Assembly: GCA_964473525.1 (NCBI GenBank)
Contig: CAYYPK010000017.1
Location: 1,992-65,991, forward strand
DNA: 64,000 bases
Direction of reading: 5' to 3'
Source of the DNA: an uncultured bacterium
GTDB taxonomy: Bacteria; Poribacteria; WGA-4E; GCA-2687025
A model generated the notes under the pieces. The model searched no databases. It was not told the origin of the DNA and saw nothing but the letters and a program-made list of their open reading frames with translations. Below are positions 10,601-18,991 of the stretch, one piece after another (position 1 is the stretch's first letter; every line of letters begins with the position of its first letter). The position numbers and the translations under genes were made by a program.

Positions 10601-13600
10601 ACGGCACGCTGACGTCGTAGCCACTCTCAGCCGCGAGCAGCACAGACAGGGAGACCGTCCCGGCGGACTCAGCGACCGACTGCGACGCCAACGAGAAGGT
10701 CACCGCGGGAGCGTCGTCGTCGTCCACAACCGTGACAGTGTGCGTCGTCGTCGCGCCAGCCGTCGCGTTCACAAGGAAGCCGGTGGTGATGGTCACGATC
10801 GCGGATTCGTCCGGCTCGTCCATCGTGTCGGCGGCGACGGTGAACGCAATGTCTCCGCTGGACGCTCCAGCGCTGATCGTCAGAGAGCCGTCGGCGAGGT
10901 CGTGGTCGGTACCGCTCCCTGTCGCCGTGCCGGAGACGGTGTACGGCACGGTAACGTCGAGGCCGCTCACAGCGCTCAGATTGACCGTCGCCGTGACGGG
11001 CCCCACGGCTTCCGCTGCGTCCTGCGAGCTGGCGGAGAACGTCACGGTCGGCGTAGCGTCGTCGTCCGTGATCGTCAGTGTGTGCTCCGTCGTGGCGCCC
11101 GCCGACGCGTTGGTGAACGAACCCGTGGTCATCGTCACGACGACCGTCTCGTCGTCCTCGTCGAGGGCGTCGTCGGAGACGGTCACGCTTACGGAGCCGG
11201 TCGTCGCCCCCGCAGTGATCGTCAAGCTGCCATCGGCGAGGTCGTGATCGGCGCCGCTGCCTGTCGCTGTGCCGGAGACGGTGTAGGGGATCGTCGCGTC
11301 GAGACCGCTGACCGCGTCGAGCGTGACGCCTATCGTCACGGTCCCGTCGCCCTCGGCGGCCGTCGACGTCGCCGCGTCAAACGTGACGGAAGGCGCGGAG
11401 TCGTCCCCGGTGATCGTGAGCGTGTGCGTCGTAGTCGCCCCTGCCGTCGCATTCGTCAGGGATCCAGTCGTCATGGTGACGATGACCGTCTCGTCGCCCT
11501 CGTAGAGCGTGTCGCCGGTCACGTTCACGGTGAGCGTTCCGCTCGACGAACCCTCAGTGATGGTCAGACTGCCGTCGGCGAGGTCGTGATCCGTGCCGCC
11601 GCCCGTCGACGTGCCGGACACGGTGTAGGGCATCGTGACATCGAGCCCGCTCGCGGCGTCGATATCGACGGAGATGGTCACCGCGCCCGCGCTCTCGAGC
11701 GCGGACTGGGCGCTAGCGGAAAACGCCACGGTCGGTGGGTCGTCGTCGTCGGTGATCGTCAGCGTGTGCGCTGTCGTGGCGCCTGCGGTCGCGTTCGTCA
11801 ACGCCCCTGTCGTCATCGTCACGATGACCGTCTCGTCGTCCTCGTCCAGCGTGTCGGCCGTTACGTTGACAGTGATGTCGCCGGTCGTGGCTCCCGCGCT
11901 AATCGTCAGGCTGCCATCGGCGAGGTCGTGGTCCGTGCTCGAGCCTGTCGCCGTCCCGGTCACCGTGTACGGAACGGTCACGTCCAACCCGCTTGCCGCG
12001 CTCAGAGCCACGGTCACGATGACCGCGCCCACGGACTCGGCCGCCGTCTGCGCGCTGGCGGACAGCGTCACGGACGGCGGCGTGTCGTCATCGGTGATCG
12101 TCAGCGTGTGCGCCGTCGTAGCGCCCGCCGATGCGTTCGTCAGCGACGCCGTCGTGATCGTCGCAATGACCGTCTCGTCGTCTTCAGCCAGGGCGTCATC
12201 CGTCAGCGTGACGCTCAGCGAACCCGTGGTCGCACCAGCCGAGATCGTCAGGCTGCCGTCGGCGAGGTCGTGGTCCGTGCTCGATCCTGTCGCGGTGCCG
12301 GACACGGTGTATGGGATCGTCGCGTCAAGGCCGCTGACGGCGCTCAGCGTGACGCCCACGGTGAAAGTCCCGTCGCCCTCGGCGGCAGTGGATGTCGCCG
12401 CGTCGAACGTGACAGTCGGCGCGGAATCGTCGTCCGTGACCGACAGCGTCTGAGAGGTCGTGGTACCGGAGAGAGCATTCGAGATGGACGCGACCGCAAG
12501 CGTGATGTCCTCGGCGCCCTCGTACAGCGTGTCCGCCACACCCGTGATCGTCACCGTGTCGCTGGTAGTGCCGAGTCCGCCAGGTATCGTGAGCGTCAGC
12601 GTGCCGTCCACGTAGTTCGTGCCGGCAATGGTGTAGTCGGAGTCCTTCGTCGCCACGCCCGATGTCGAGAACACGACACCGACGTCGGAGTCGGACGCCA
12701 ACGCCGCGCCAACGTCGTCCGTCAGGTTAACCGTCAGCGTTACGACGCCCGCGGCCTCGGCGAGCGTCGACGTGTCAACTGCCAGGTCCACGCGCGGGAC
12801 CGACGGGAAGCCCGCGCCGCTGATTGTGCCACCAGTGACCGAGAGACTATCGACCGACGTCGTGCCGTCGATCGTGACCGTGCCGCCGGACACACTCATG
12901 GACGTCGCTGCCAGGTCCGCCCCGTCAGCGACCGAGAACGAGCCGCCGGAAATCGAGAGCGATGCGGCGTCCAGGCTCGCCCCCGACGCGACCGTGACCG
13001 ATCCAGAGAGCACCTCCATGGATCCGGTAACGGCAGCCGTGCTCTGGAAGTCCACGGAGCCACCGTCGACAGAGACATCCGTGAGTGTCGCGGTGCCCTC
13101 GAACGCAATGGAGCCACCCGTGATGCTGAGGCTCGTGACATTCGCCCCGTCGCCCAGCACGACATCGCCACCGGTCATCGTGAAGTCGCCGACATCGGCG
13201 TTATTCGTGAGTGTGAGGGATCCTCCCGACACCGAGAAGTCGCTCACCGCGCCGTTGTTGTCCAGGGAGACGTTGCCGCCCTCAATGACAATAGAACCCG
13301 TGACGTCGGCGCCGTTCGCGAGAGCGAGGTCGCCGGACTCGACCGTCATCGTGCCGCTGAGTTCGGTGCCGTTCGCCAGGTCCAACGACGCGCCCTGGAG
13401 TACCACGGAGCCCGAGAGCACGGCACCATTGTCAAGGGACGCCGTCCCACCTTGCAGCGTGAGGGCACCGGAGAATGTGACGTTGTTCGACCCGCTGAGC
13501 TCGCCGGCCGTCATCGTGATGTCGGTGAGGGCCGTCCCGCCATTGTCAAATCCGACGGAGCCCCCAGCGATCTCCAGTAGGCCTCCGGCGTCTCCGACGG

Positions 13601-13952
13601 ACGCGTTGCTCCCGAAGTCGATGGAGCCGGCGGTGAGTTGGAGGGTTTCGGCCAGCTCCAGACCGTCGAGGTCCGTGCCTGTGCCTTGCGAGTGGAGAAC
13701 CGTCGTCGTGGTGTTGGCATCGCCGTCGTCGATTGAGACGGTGTCGCCAGATTCCGGGATGCGCTGCGCGCCGGACGCGTCAAAGGCGCCAGAGCCGTCG
13801 GCCTCGCGCCAGTTCGTGGCGGTGTGCCAACTGCTGTCGCCGCCCTCGCCAGTCCAGTACAGAGTGGCGGCCGAGCACCACGATGCGTATGCGGTGAATA
13901 CCAGCGCAATGGTTAGCAGTAGGCGCGCGTGCGTCTGACTGCCCGGCTCCAT
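4665..13952 (-). CDS. Giant secreted surface protein of 3095 aa. It has a signal peptide, a beta-helix-like repeat region, about 19 Calx-beta-like repeats, a cadherin-like/VCBS module and a T9SS C-terminal sorting domain.
   Basis: The N-terminus MEPGSQTHARLLLTIALVFTAYASW looks like a signal peptide. Residues about 30-390 are G/S/T-rich short repeats (GGSV.F..G / ANG..L.G) like autotransporter-passenger beta-helix repeats. Next come about 19 units of roughly 100 aa (PYTVSGTATGSGTDHDLADGSLTI.AG...DD.L.E.DETV..T..TGSL.NA.AGATT.HTLTITDDD), which fit the Calx-beta pattern. Then comes a cadherin-like/VCBS module (PVATAQSVTATEDTALAIALAGTDADGDTLTYTVTTQPTNGAL). The last about 85 aa (LPNYPNPFNPETWIPFELNEDSRVSIEIYATTGEMVRVIDLG...WDGRN..GE..ASGTYIYVLRAGAESRYGRMVVLK) match the T9SS type-A C-terminal domain pattern (TIGR04183-like). 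Confidence 0.85.
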   Translation of the reverse strand: MEPGSQTHARLLLTIALVFTAYASWCSAATLYWTGEGGDSSWHTATNWREADGSGAFDASGAQRIPESGDTVSIDDGDANTTTTVLHSQGTGTDLDGLELAETLQLTAGSIDFGSNASVGDAGGLLEIAGGSVGFDNGGTALTDITMTAGELSGSNNVTFSGALTLQGGTASLDNGAVLSGSVVLQGASLDLANGTELSGTMTVESGDLALANGADVTGSIVIEGGNVSLDNNGAVSDFSVSGGSLTLTNNADVGDFTMTGGDVVLGDGANVTSLSITGGSIAFEGTATLTDVSVDGGSVDFQSTAAVTGSMEVLSGSVTVASGASLDAASLSISGGSFSVADGADLAATSMSVSGGTVTIDGTTSVDSLSVTGGTISGAGFPSVPRVDLAVDTSTLAEAAGVVTLTVNLTDDVGAALASDSDVGVVFSTSGVATKDSDYTIAGTNYVDGTLTLTIPGGLGTTSDTVTITGVADTLYEGAEDITLAVASISNALSGTTTSQTLSVTDDDSAPTVTFDAATSTAAEGDGTFTVGVTLSAVSGLDATIPYTVSGTATGSSTDHDLADGSLTISAGATTGSLSVTLTDDALAEDDETVIATITTASLTNASAGATTAHTLTITDDDTPPSVTLSASAQTAAESVGAVIVTVALSAASGLDVTVPYTVTGTATGSSTDHDLADGSLTISAGATTGDITVNVTADTLDEDDETVIVTMTTGALTNATAGATTAHTLTITDDDDPPTVAFSASAQSALESAGAVTISVDIDAASGLDVTMPYTVSGTSTGGGTDHDLADGSLTITEGSSSGTLTVNVTGDTLYEGDETVIVTMTTGSLTNATAGATTTHTLTITGDDSAPSVTFDAATSTAAEGDGTVTIGVTLDAVSGLDATIPYTVSGTATGSGADHDLADGSLTITAGATTGSVSVTVSDDALDEDDETVVVTMTTGSFTNASAGATTEHTLTITDDDATPTVTFSASSQDAAEAVGPVTATVNLSAVSGLDVTVPYTVSGTATGSGTDHDLADGSLTISAGASSGDIAFTVAADTMDEPDESAIVTITTGFLVNATAGATTTHTVTVVDDDDAPAVTFSLASQSVAESAGTVSLSVLLAAESGYDVSVPYTVSGTATGSGTDHDLTDGTLTILAGSTAEVIGFTVTDDALDEEDETAIVTMTTGSLVNASAGAVTTHTATVTDDDDAAAITFDASTSAAAESDGTVTIGVSLSAASAFDVTMPYTISGTATGSSTDHDLADGSLTISAGATTGSLSVALTADALDEDDETVIVTMTTGSLTNASAGAVTAHTLTITDDDATPTVTFDASAATAAESAGAVTIGVTLSAASGLDVSMPYTLSGTATSSGTDHDLADSSLTISAGATTGSLTLTIVDDALNEGDETAIVSMTTGSLSNASAGATTVYTLTITDDDAAPTVAFDSASSTATESAGSVSIAASLSAASGLDVTIPYTVSGTAEGSGTDHDLADGTLTILAGATTGSVDISITMDSLHEGDETVAVTMSTGSLTNATAGATTEHTLTITDNDSAPTVAFDAATSSAVESAGAVTVGISLSAASGLDVTIPYTVSGTATGGGTDHDLADGSLTVVAGATSASASLTVTDDALDESDETVVVTMTTGSLVNATAGATTEHTLTITDNDAAPTVTFDVSSSTVAESDGTVTIGVSLSAASGLDATIPYTVSGTTTGSGTDHDLADGSLTVSAGATTATISVAVTDDAIDESDETIIASMTTGSLVNASAGATTAHTMTVTDDDTATVAFSAATQTVVESVGSVSVVVALSIESAFDVTVPYTVSGTATDSGTDHDLADGSLTINAGDTSGSIAFAVTADSLNEDDETVVVAMTTASLVNASAGATTTHTVTVTDDDAAPTVTFDASASTSAETAGAIAISVSLSAASGLDATIPYTVSGTSAGSGVDHDLADGSLTLFAGATTGSVSLTLSDDALDEDDETIVVSVTTGSLVNASAGATTTHTLTITDDDASPTVTFDASTATAAESAGAVAIGVTLNAVSGRDVTIPYTVSGTSTGGGADHDLAAGSLTVSAGSATGSLTLTVTDDAVDEGDETAIVSMTTGSLVNAGAGATTTHTLTITDNDDASVAFDVSSQTVGEADGTLTIAVALDIASAFDITVPYTVSGSATAGSVDHDLADGSLTVTAGLTTANITASLIADSLDEDDETIVVTMTTGSIVNATAGVVTEHTTTVADDDASPTVAFSSASQTVGEGDGSVSFSVELSAASGRDVTAPFTVGGTASGGSVDHSLAAASVVISAGATSASASFSVIDDTTEEGDETVIATLDGASLVNATEGAQSSHTVTITDNDTTPVATAQSVTATEDTALAIALAGTDADGDTLTYTVTTQPTNGALTGTAPDVTYTPTADFAGSDTFEFTVNDGQADSAAATVSVTVSEANDAPTFTAVADQTVGEDLGSVTITLSGIDAGGGSDEDTQSLTISATSDTTSVVPHPTISGSPFTEGGSDPTLTFTPVADATGSATITVTAQDDGTTAGGSDPQSGTTTFTVTVVSVTEASLTIASGGESHVVSFGFSASASDAVDTAFADIASAGGGSIINAAFSRSGSDLERDILATPAGDSLEWSLVVDELTAQDADVTISWTQADIDALLSAAGSFNNALLVASSGETYSLSAANNGFTSTVLASSSETWTLMVDKTSVRTTVPVDISLTADTWHLLSLPGAGDLTALEAANLSAFTWNASSEVYEGVTDLSAVDAVSTGIFLFSDATTTVSLELDVDTASARQTSVTLSPGWNLVGAPATQNDSESWGVTPASLLTGGATNRVFSFDSAGAYAAVTSLTEGQGYWALNPDSTDSVVTLTQARHLSGTTTQFYPAPDVETPDWSATLALSGVDSLARSVTLGLSAEASSGYDAMDMPQPPAPIQGSRAALYIATDDVVARLTQSIKPADTEGAEWRVVVNAPDAGVLRWAGSAPPPGYRISLSAYGGTHDLARRGSAAVPAGRQELMARLVRDVPATTALLPNYPNPFNPETWIPFELNEDSRVSIEIYATTGEMVRVIDLGHRVAGRHVTRENAAHWDGRNTLGETAASGTYIYVLRAGAESRYGRMVVLK
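7080..12750 (-). repeat. Tandem array of about 19 units of roughly 300 bp encoding Calx-beta-like domains inside the giant gene
   Basis: Near-periodic protein repeats of about 100 aa are visible in the translation. The resulting nucleotide periodicity produces many spurious long antisense ORFs in the ORF track, such as 8349..9665 and 10740..13580. Confidence 0.8.
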
Positions 13953-14578
13953 GCCTCGCTCCGCTCCTATGCGACCCCCTGCGCGTCACCTACGCGGGCT
14001 GCTCCAACGGCCCGTGCTACATAACGCGCGCGCGACGGCGTTGTTCACCTCTCGCGACCCGTGTTGACGACCGCGCCAAACGCGCGCGAGGCTGCGCAGG
14101 CGGGCCACTTCGCACCTTAATATACCCCACATGAGACAAGGTATAGCCCACGGCCTAACGGCGCAACGTAGACTCCTTCGTCCTCGCTCCCATTCCCGCG
14201 GTCTCGACCGCCCCGCCAGTCAGCACAAAACCTGACCGAAGGTCGGCCTGGCGCCCAGGCAACGCCCCGACTAATATCTACGTATACTACTCAACCTCCG
14301 GCCCACTGTGTTGCCGGAGAATCCCACAGGCAGTACACTCGGCCGTACTACCAGTGGGGTTTGGATACGTAGTGTTCGACGCTTAAGTGAACACGGACGA
14401 GGCGACTCCCGTTAGAGTGGGGAGCCTGGACGTTGCCCTCATGGTCACGCGTCAGGCGCCCGCCGGGCGACGGGAGCGTCCGTGGGTGGAATACAGCGCG
14501 CGCCCGTCAGCGCGCCACGAACGCTGGACTGTCTCGGCAGGCTTGAGCCGCCGGGGTGTCGTCTGGGGGTGTACGGAT
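13953..14578. promoter_or_regulatory. Divergent intergenic region between two giant adhesin genes, with isolated AT-rich islands that are candidate -10 elements
   Basis: ttaatata at 14117-14124, taatat at 14273-14278 and tatact at 14284-14289 stand out against the GC-rich background. A small palindrome gcctggcgcccaggc lies at 14243-14257. No experimental support. Confidence 0.3.
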
Positions 14579-17500
14579 ATGAATGGCTCGAAGAACCAGG
14601 GCGCGGATCGTCTCGCACGGCGCGGGACCGTCACGGCTCTCGCAACCGTCGTAACTGCCACTTTCCTATTCGCCGTGGCTCCATCAGCCTGGACGGCGGA
14701 CGACGACTGGACGGCGACGTTAACGCTGACAGGCGCTCTCACGACCGGTGGCGCCGACGTATCTCGCGCGCTCACGTTCGGCGTGAGCCCGTCAGGGACG
14801 TCAGACTTCGACGACGGGTTGGACGTGGCGAGCCCGCCAGCGGCGCCGAGCCCAAACCCAACCATCTATCTCGAGAACACCGCGCACACGAACACGCACC
14901 TTCAGCAACTCGTCACGGATCTTCGCGCCTTTGAGCCGACGGGCGTCGAGGAGCAGGTATGGTCGCTCTACGTGGACAACCTGGCGCCCGAGGCGTGGAC
15001 CATCGCGTGGGACATCAGCGCCGTCACGACGTACTGGCAGACCGCGCGGATCGTGAACACGACGGCTGGCGTCGACCTCGACATGACCGCCGCCTCTTCC
15101 ACCACGATCGCCGCTGGCGACGCGTACACGTACACGATCACGGTTCGCGAGGACGGCATTCCCGCGTCGGTCGATATCGCGGCAACGACGGCGGAAGACA
15201 CGGCCGGCTCCATCACATTGACTAGCGAAGACCCCACCGTAGACACGTACACCGTCCTGACGCAGCCCACCAACGGGACGCTGACCGGCACGGAACCCGA
15301 CATGACGTACACCCCCGACGCTGACTGGGTGGGGGAGGACTCGTTCACGTACCAGGCGGATGACGGCATCCTCCAGGACAGCGCCACGGTCACAATCACC
15401 GTCACCGAGGTGAACGACGACCCGACGATTAGCGCCATCACGGATCCCGCCGACGTACTCGAAGACTCCGGCGTGTCGTCCTCGATCACCATCGCCGGGC
15501 TGGGCCAGGGCGGCGGGGTGGATGAGACCAGTGGCGTCGACGTGCAGACCCTCACGTTGGCGGCCACAAGCGGCAATACCGCGCTCATCGCGGACGCCGA
15601 CCTCGACCTTAGCGCGACCACATGGACGACCGGCGATGCGGACCCAACCGTTACGTTCACGCCGACGGCGGACATCAGTGGCACGGCGGTTATCACGATC
15701 ACGGCCACCGATGACGGCACAACGAACGGCGGGCCCGATGTACTCGACGTCACAGCGACGTTCACCGTCACCGTGACGGACGTGAACGACGCCCCCACGA
15801 TTTCCACCATCACCGACCCGGCAGACGTGGCGGAGGACTCGGGCGTATCCGCGGACGTCACGATCGCTGGCCTCGGCGTTGGCGGCGCGGCGGATGAGGC
15901 TGCGGCCCAGACGCTGACTCTCTCGGCGTCCAGCAGCGATGAGACGGTCGTCGCTGGCCTGACGCTATCAACCACCACGTGGGTGGACGGCCAGGCGAAC
16001 CCGACGATCACCTTCACGCCAACCGCAGATGCCAACGGCACGGCTGTGATTACCATCACGGCCACGGACGACGGCACGTCGAACAGTGTCCCGGCCGTGT
16101 TGGACGTCACGACCACCTTCACGGTCACGGTCACCGAGGTGAACGACACGCCCACCATCGGCTCCATCAACGACCCGGCCGCCGTGGACGAGGACTCTGG
16201 CACGTCAGCTGCAATCACTATCTCTGGCCTTGGCGTTGGCGGTGGGGCAGATGAATCGGCCGCGCCCCAGACGCTGACGCTCGTGCCGACGAGTTCCGAT
16301 CAGACGCTGGTACCTGACGCCAACCTGACCCTAAGTGCCACAACCTGGGTTACGGGTGACGCCGACCCGACGATCACGTACACCCCAGCGGACGAGGCAA
16401 ACGGGACTGCGGTCATCACCATCACCGCGACCGACGATGGCACGGACGACGGCGTCGCGGCCGAGTTGGACATCTCGACGACGTTCACCGTCACCGTCAC
16501 GACGCTGAACGACGCGCCTACATTCGACGCGCTGGCGGACATCAGCGTGGCGGAAGACGCTGCGGAGCAGACGGTGTCCATCACCACGGTCAGTCCTGGG
16601 CTGAGCGCGGACGAGTCGGGTCAGACCGTCACGTTTACCGTCGCAAGCGGCGACACGGCGATCATCGCCGACGCCGACCTCGCGATCTCTGGCACGGGCG
16701 CGACGCGCACGCTGACGTACACCCCGACCGCGGACGCGGTTGGCGATGTGACGATCACCGTCACGGCAGACGACTCGCAGGTTCTCAACAACACGACAGT
16801 CGACTCGTTCGTCGTGACCGTCACGGAAGTGAACGACGTCCCAGCCGTCGACGCGATAGGTGACCAAATCATCGCCGAAGGCGTTACCAACTCCGTTACC
16901 GTCGCCGGGCTGCTCGCGGGAGGCGCGACGGACGAGGACGCACAAATCCTCACACTGTCCGCCACCAGCGACACTCCGGGCGTCGTGCCCGACCCGACGT
17001 TCGACGACGCGTCGTTCGTCGAGGGCGACACCGACCCGACGCTGACGTTCACGCCCATCGGCACAGGCACGGTGACGATCACCGTCACCGCCGAGGACGA
17101 CGGCGCGGATGACGGCGTCCTCAACGCGCAGAGCATCACTACCACGTTCCAGATTACCGTCGTTCCCGTGTTTGATGCCGATCTCACCGTCTCCACGGGC
17201 GCCGAGAGCCACGCGGTGACGTTCGGATTCTCTAGTAGCGCCACCGACACGGTGGACCTCGGGTTCGCCGACGAAATCACGGACTCCAGCGGTCCGACGA
17301 TTAGCGTCTCGTTCTCCCGCGATGGCAGTGGTCTGAAGAAGGACATCATCGGCACTCCAAGCGGGACGGCGACATGGTCGCTAACCGCAGAGAACCTTAG
17401 CGGGTCCGCCGCGTCCGTAGGCTTTGCCTGGACACAGAGCGAGATCGACAACCTGCTGTCAGTGGCCGGCTCCTACAACAACGCGTTCCTCGCCGACGAC

Positions 17501-18854
17501 TCGTCGGGGGACACGTACAACATGAGCTCCAGCCAGAACGGCTTCTCGATCAGCGTCGCGGGATCCAGCACCCTGAGCATGACGCTCACGTTGGAGCTGT
17601 CGGCGACACGCACGGGAACACCGGTCAATATCTCCCTGACGGCCAACGAGTGGCACACGATCTCGCTGCCGGGATCGGGCGATCTCACCGACCTGGACGC
17701 GGTGAACTTGTCCGCCTTCACGTGGAACGCCACCAGCGAGGTGTACGAGGCCCTCGGCGCGATGAGCGGCCTTGGGGTCGTCTCGCAGGGCGTCTTCATG
17801 GCGTCGAGTTCGTCGACGACGGTCTCGCTCGAGCTGGATGTCGACGACTACGCGTATCGCAGCGTGGACGTCACGCTCAGCCCAGGCTGGAATCTCGTGG
17901 GAGCTCCGGCGTCCCAGAACGACTCCACGTCGTGGGGAGACGCCACCGCTGATCTCCTGAGCGGGGGCTCGGCCAACCGAGTGTTCGCGTTCACGTCGTC
18001 CGCTGGCTACACCGTTGCCACGACGTTGAGCGAAGGCGTTGGCTACTGGGTGCTGAACCCAGACGGCTCCGACTCCGTGGTGTCGTTGACCCAGGCGCGT
18101 CACCTTAGCGGAACGACGACGCAGTTCTTCCCCGCGCCCGCCTTGCCGGCGATGCAGTGGGAAGTGCCCGTTGTCATGCGCCCGCACGGCGGAGCCGCGC
18201 GCGAACTCACCCTCGCATCCGCCCGCGACGCCTCGGACGACTTCGACGACTTCGACTTGCCGCAGCCGCCGCCAGCCTTCGGCTCCGACGGCGTGCAGTT
18301 CTACGTGCGCGCTCCGCACCCGGTTCGCCGGATGACCCGGGCGGTGTTGCCCGTGGGACACGGCGAGGGCGAGTGGTCTGTCGTTGCCGACGCTCCGGCA
18401 GGGGGGCGCCTACGTGGAGTGGAATTCGGACCTGATCCCCGAGCACTTCCGGGCGATCGTGACGGCGAACGGCGTCCGGTACGACATGCGCGAGACCAGG
18501 GGGATACGACTGCCAGAAGGCGCGCACGAACTGCGCGTGGTGATGTCGTGGACCGCGCCAGAAATGACGCGGGCGCTCCCGAACTTCCCCAACCCATTCA
18601 ACCCCGAGACGTGGATTCCGTTTGAACTGGACGAGGCCGCGCGCGTTATGGTGAGTGTCCACGACACGCGTGGCGCTCTCGTGCGGCGTCTCGACCTCGG
18701 CTATCGCGAGCCTGGCTACTACACGGACAGGTCAACGGCGGCGCACTGGGACGGGAGAAACGCGCTGGGCGAAACCGTGGCTAGTGGCGTCTACTTCTAC
18801 GTCCTCGAAGCTGGGGAACACCGTGTCGCGCGCCGAATGGTCATCCAGAAGTAA
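14579..18854 (+). CDS. Large secreted cadherin-like repeat protein with a T9SS C-terminal domain. As assembled it is interrupted by a +1 frameshift in a G6 tract at 18401-18406 and appears as track ORFs 14387..18625 and 18384..18854.
   Basis: The preferred start is ATG 14579 (MNGSKNQGADRLARRGTVTALATVVTATFLFAVAPSAWTA, a signal peptide), in frame with the track start 14387. The protein has five cadherin-like units of about 120 aa (VNDDPTISAITDPADV...TFTVTVTDVNDAPTI). Its C-terminal about 400 aa module is paralogous to the C-terminal region of gene 4665..13952. The T9SS CTD (LPNFPNPFNPETWIPFELDEAARVMVSVHDTRGALVRRLDLG...WDGRNALGETVASGVYFYVLEAGEHRVARRMVIQK) is reached only after a frame change at gcaGGGGGGcgcc. 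Removing one G gives ...APAGGAYVEW..., which aligns with the paralog. Confidence 0.7.
15410..17170 (+). repeat. About five tandem units of roughly 360 bp encoding cadherin-like/VCBS-type domains
   Basis: The repeated boundary motif TFTVTVT[DE]VND[DAT]P[TA] occurs at about 15415, 15785, 16145, 16510 and 16835. Confidence 0.7.
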
Positions 18855-18991
18855 CGTGGGTCGCACACAGCCGATCTAGCAAGACGGGCTTACGTTGGCG
18901 TGCCGACGTAGGTCCGTTTTCGCGTGCGAGCGACTTTTGGTGTAGAGTCCATGGGATTGGGCTTGACGCTCCGTGACGAGATGGGGAACTG

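Noticed and set aside
5494-13580. Numerous long plus-strand ORFs (e.g. 5494..6423, 8349..9665, 10740..13580 of 946 aa, 11635..12453) inside the giant minus-strand gene
   Set aside because: They are antisense reading frames of a GC-rich, highly repetitive Ala/Thr/Val/Asp-rich gene. Their translations are Arg/Gly/Asp- or Ser/Val/Ala-rich low-complexity sequence with no motifs. The minus-strand gene has a signal peptide, coherent domains and a T9SS CTD.
14387-14578. Upstream start (14387) for giant gene 2
   Set aside because: The first 64 residues lack a signal peptide. The in-frame ATG at 14579 gives a canonical signal peptide, though the longer form cannot be excluded.
18384-18854. The 156-aa ORF as a stand-alone small T9SS-CTD protein
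   Set aside because: Its N-terminal part aligns with the pre-CTD region of the paralogous giant gene. It is the frameshifted C-terminus of gene 14579..18625, not an independent gene.
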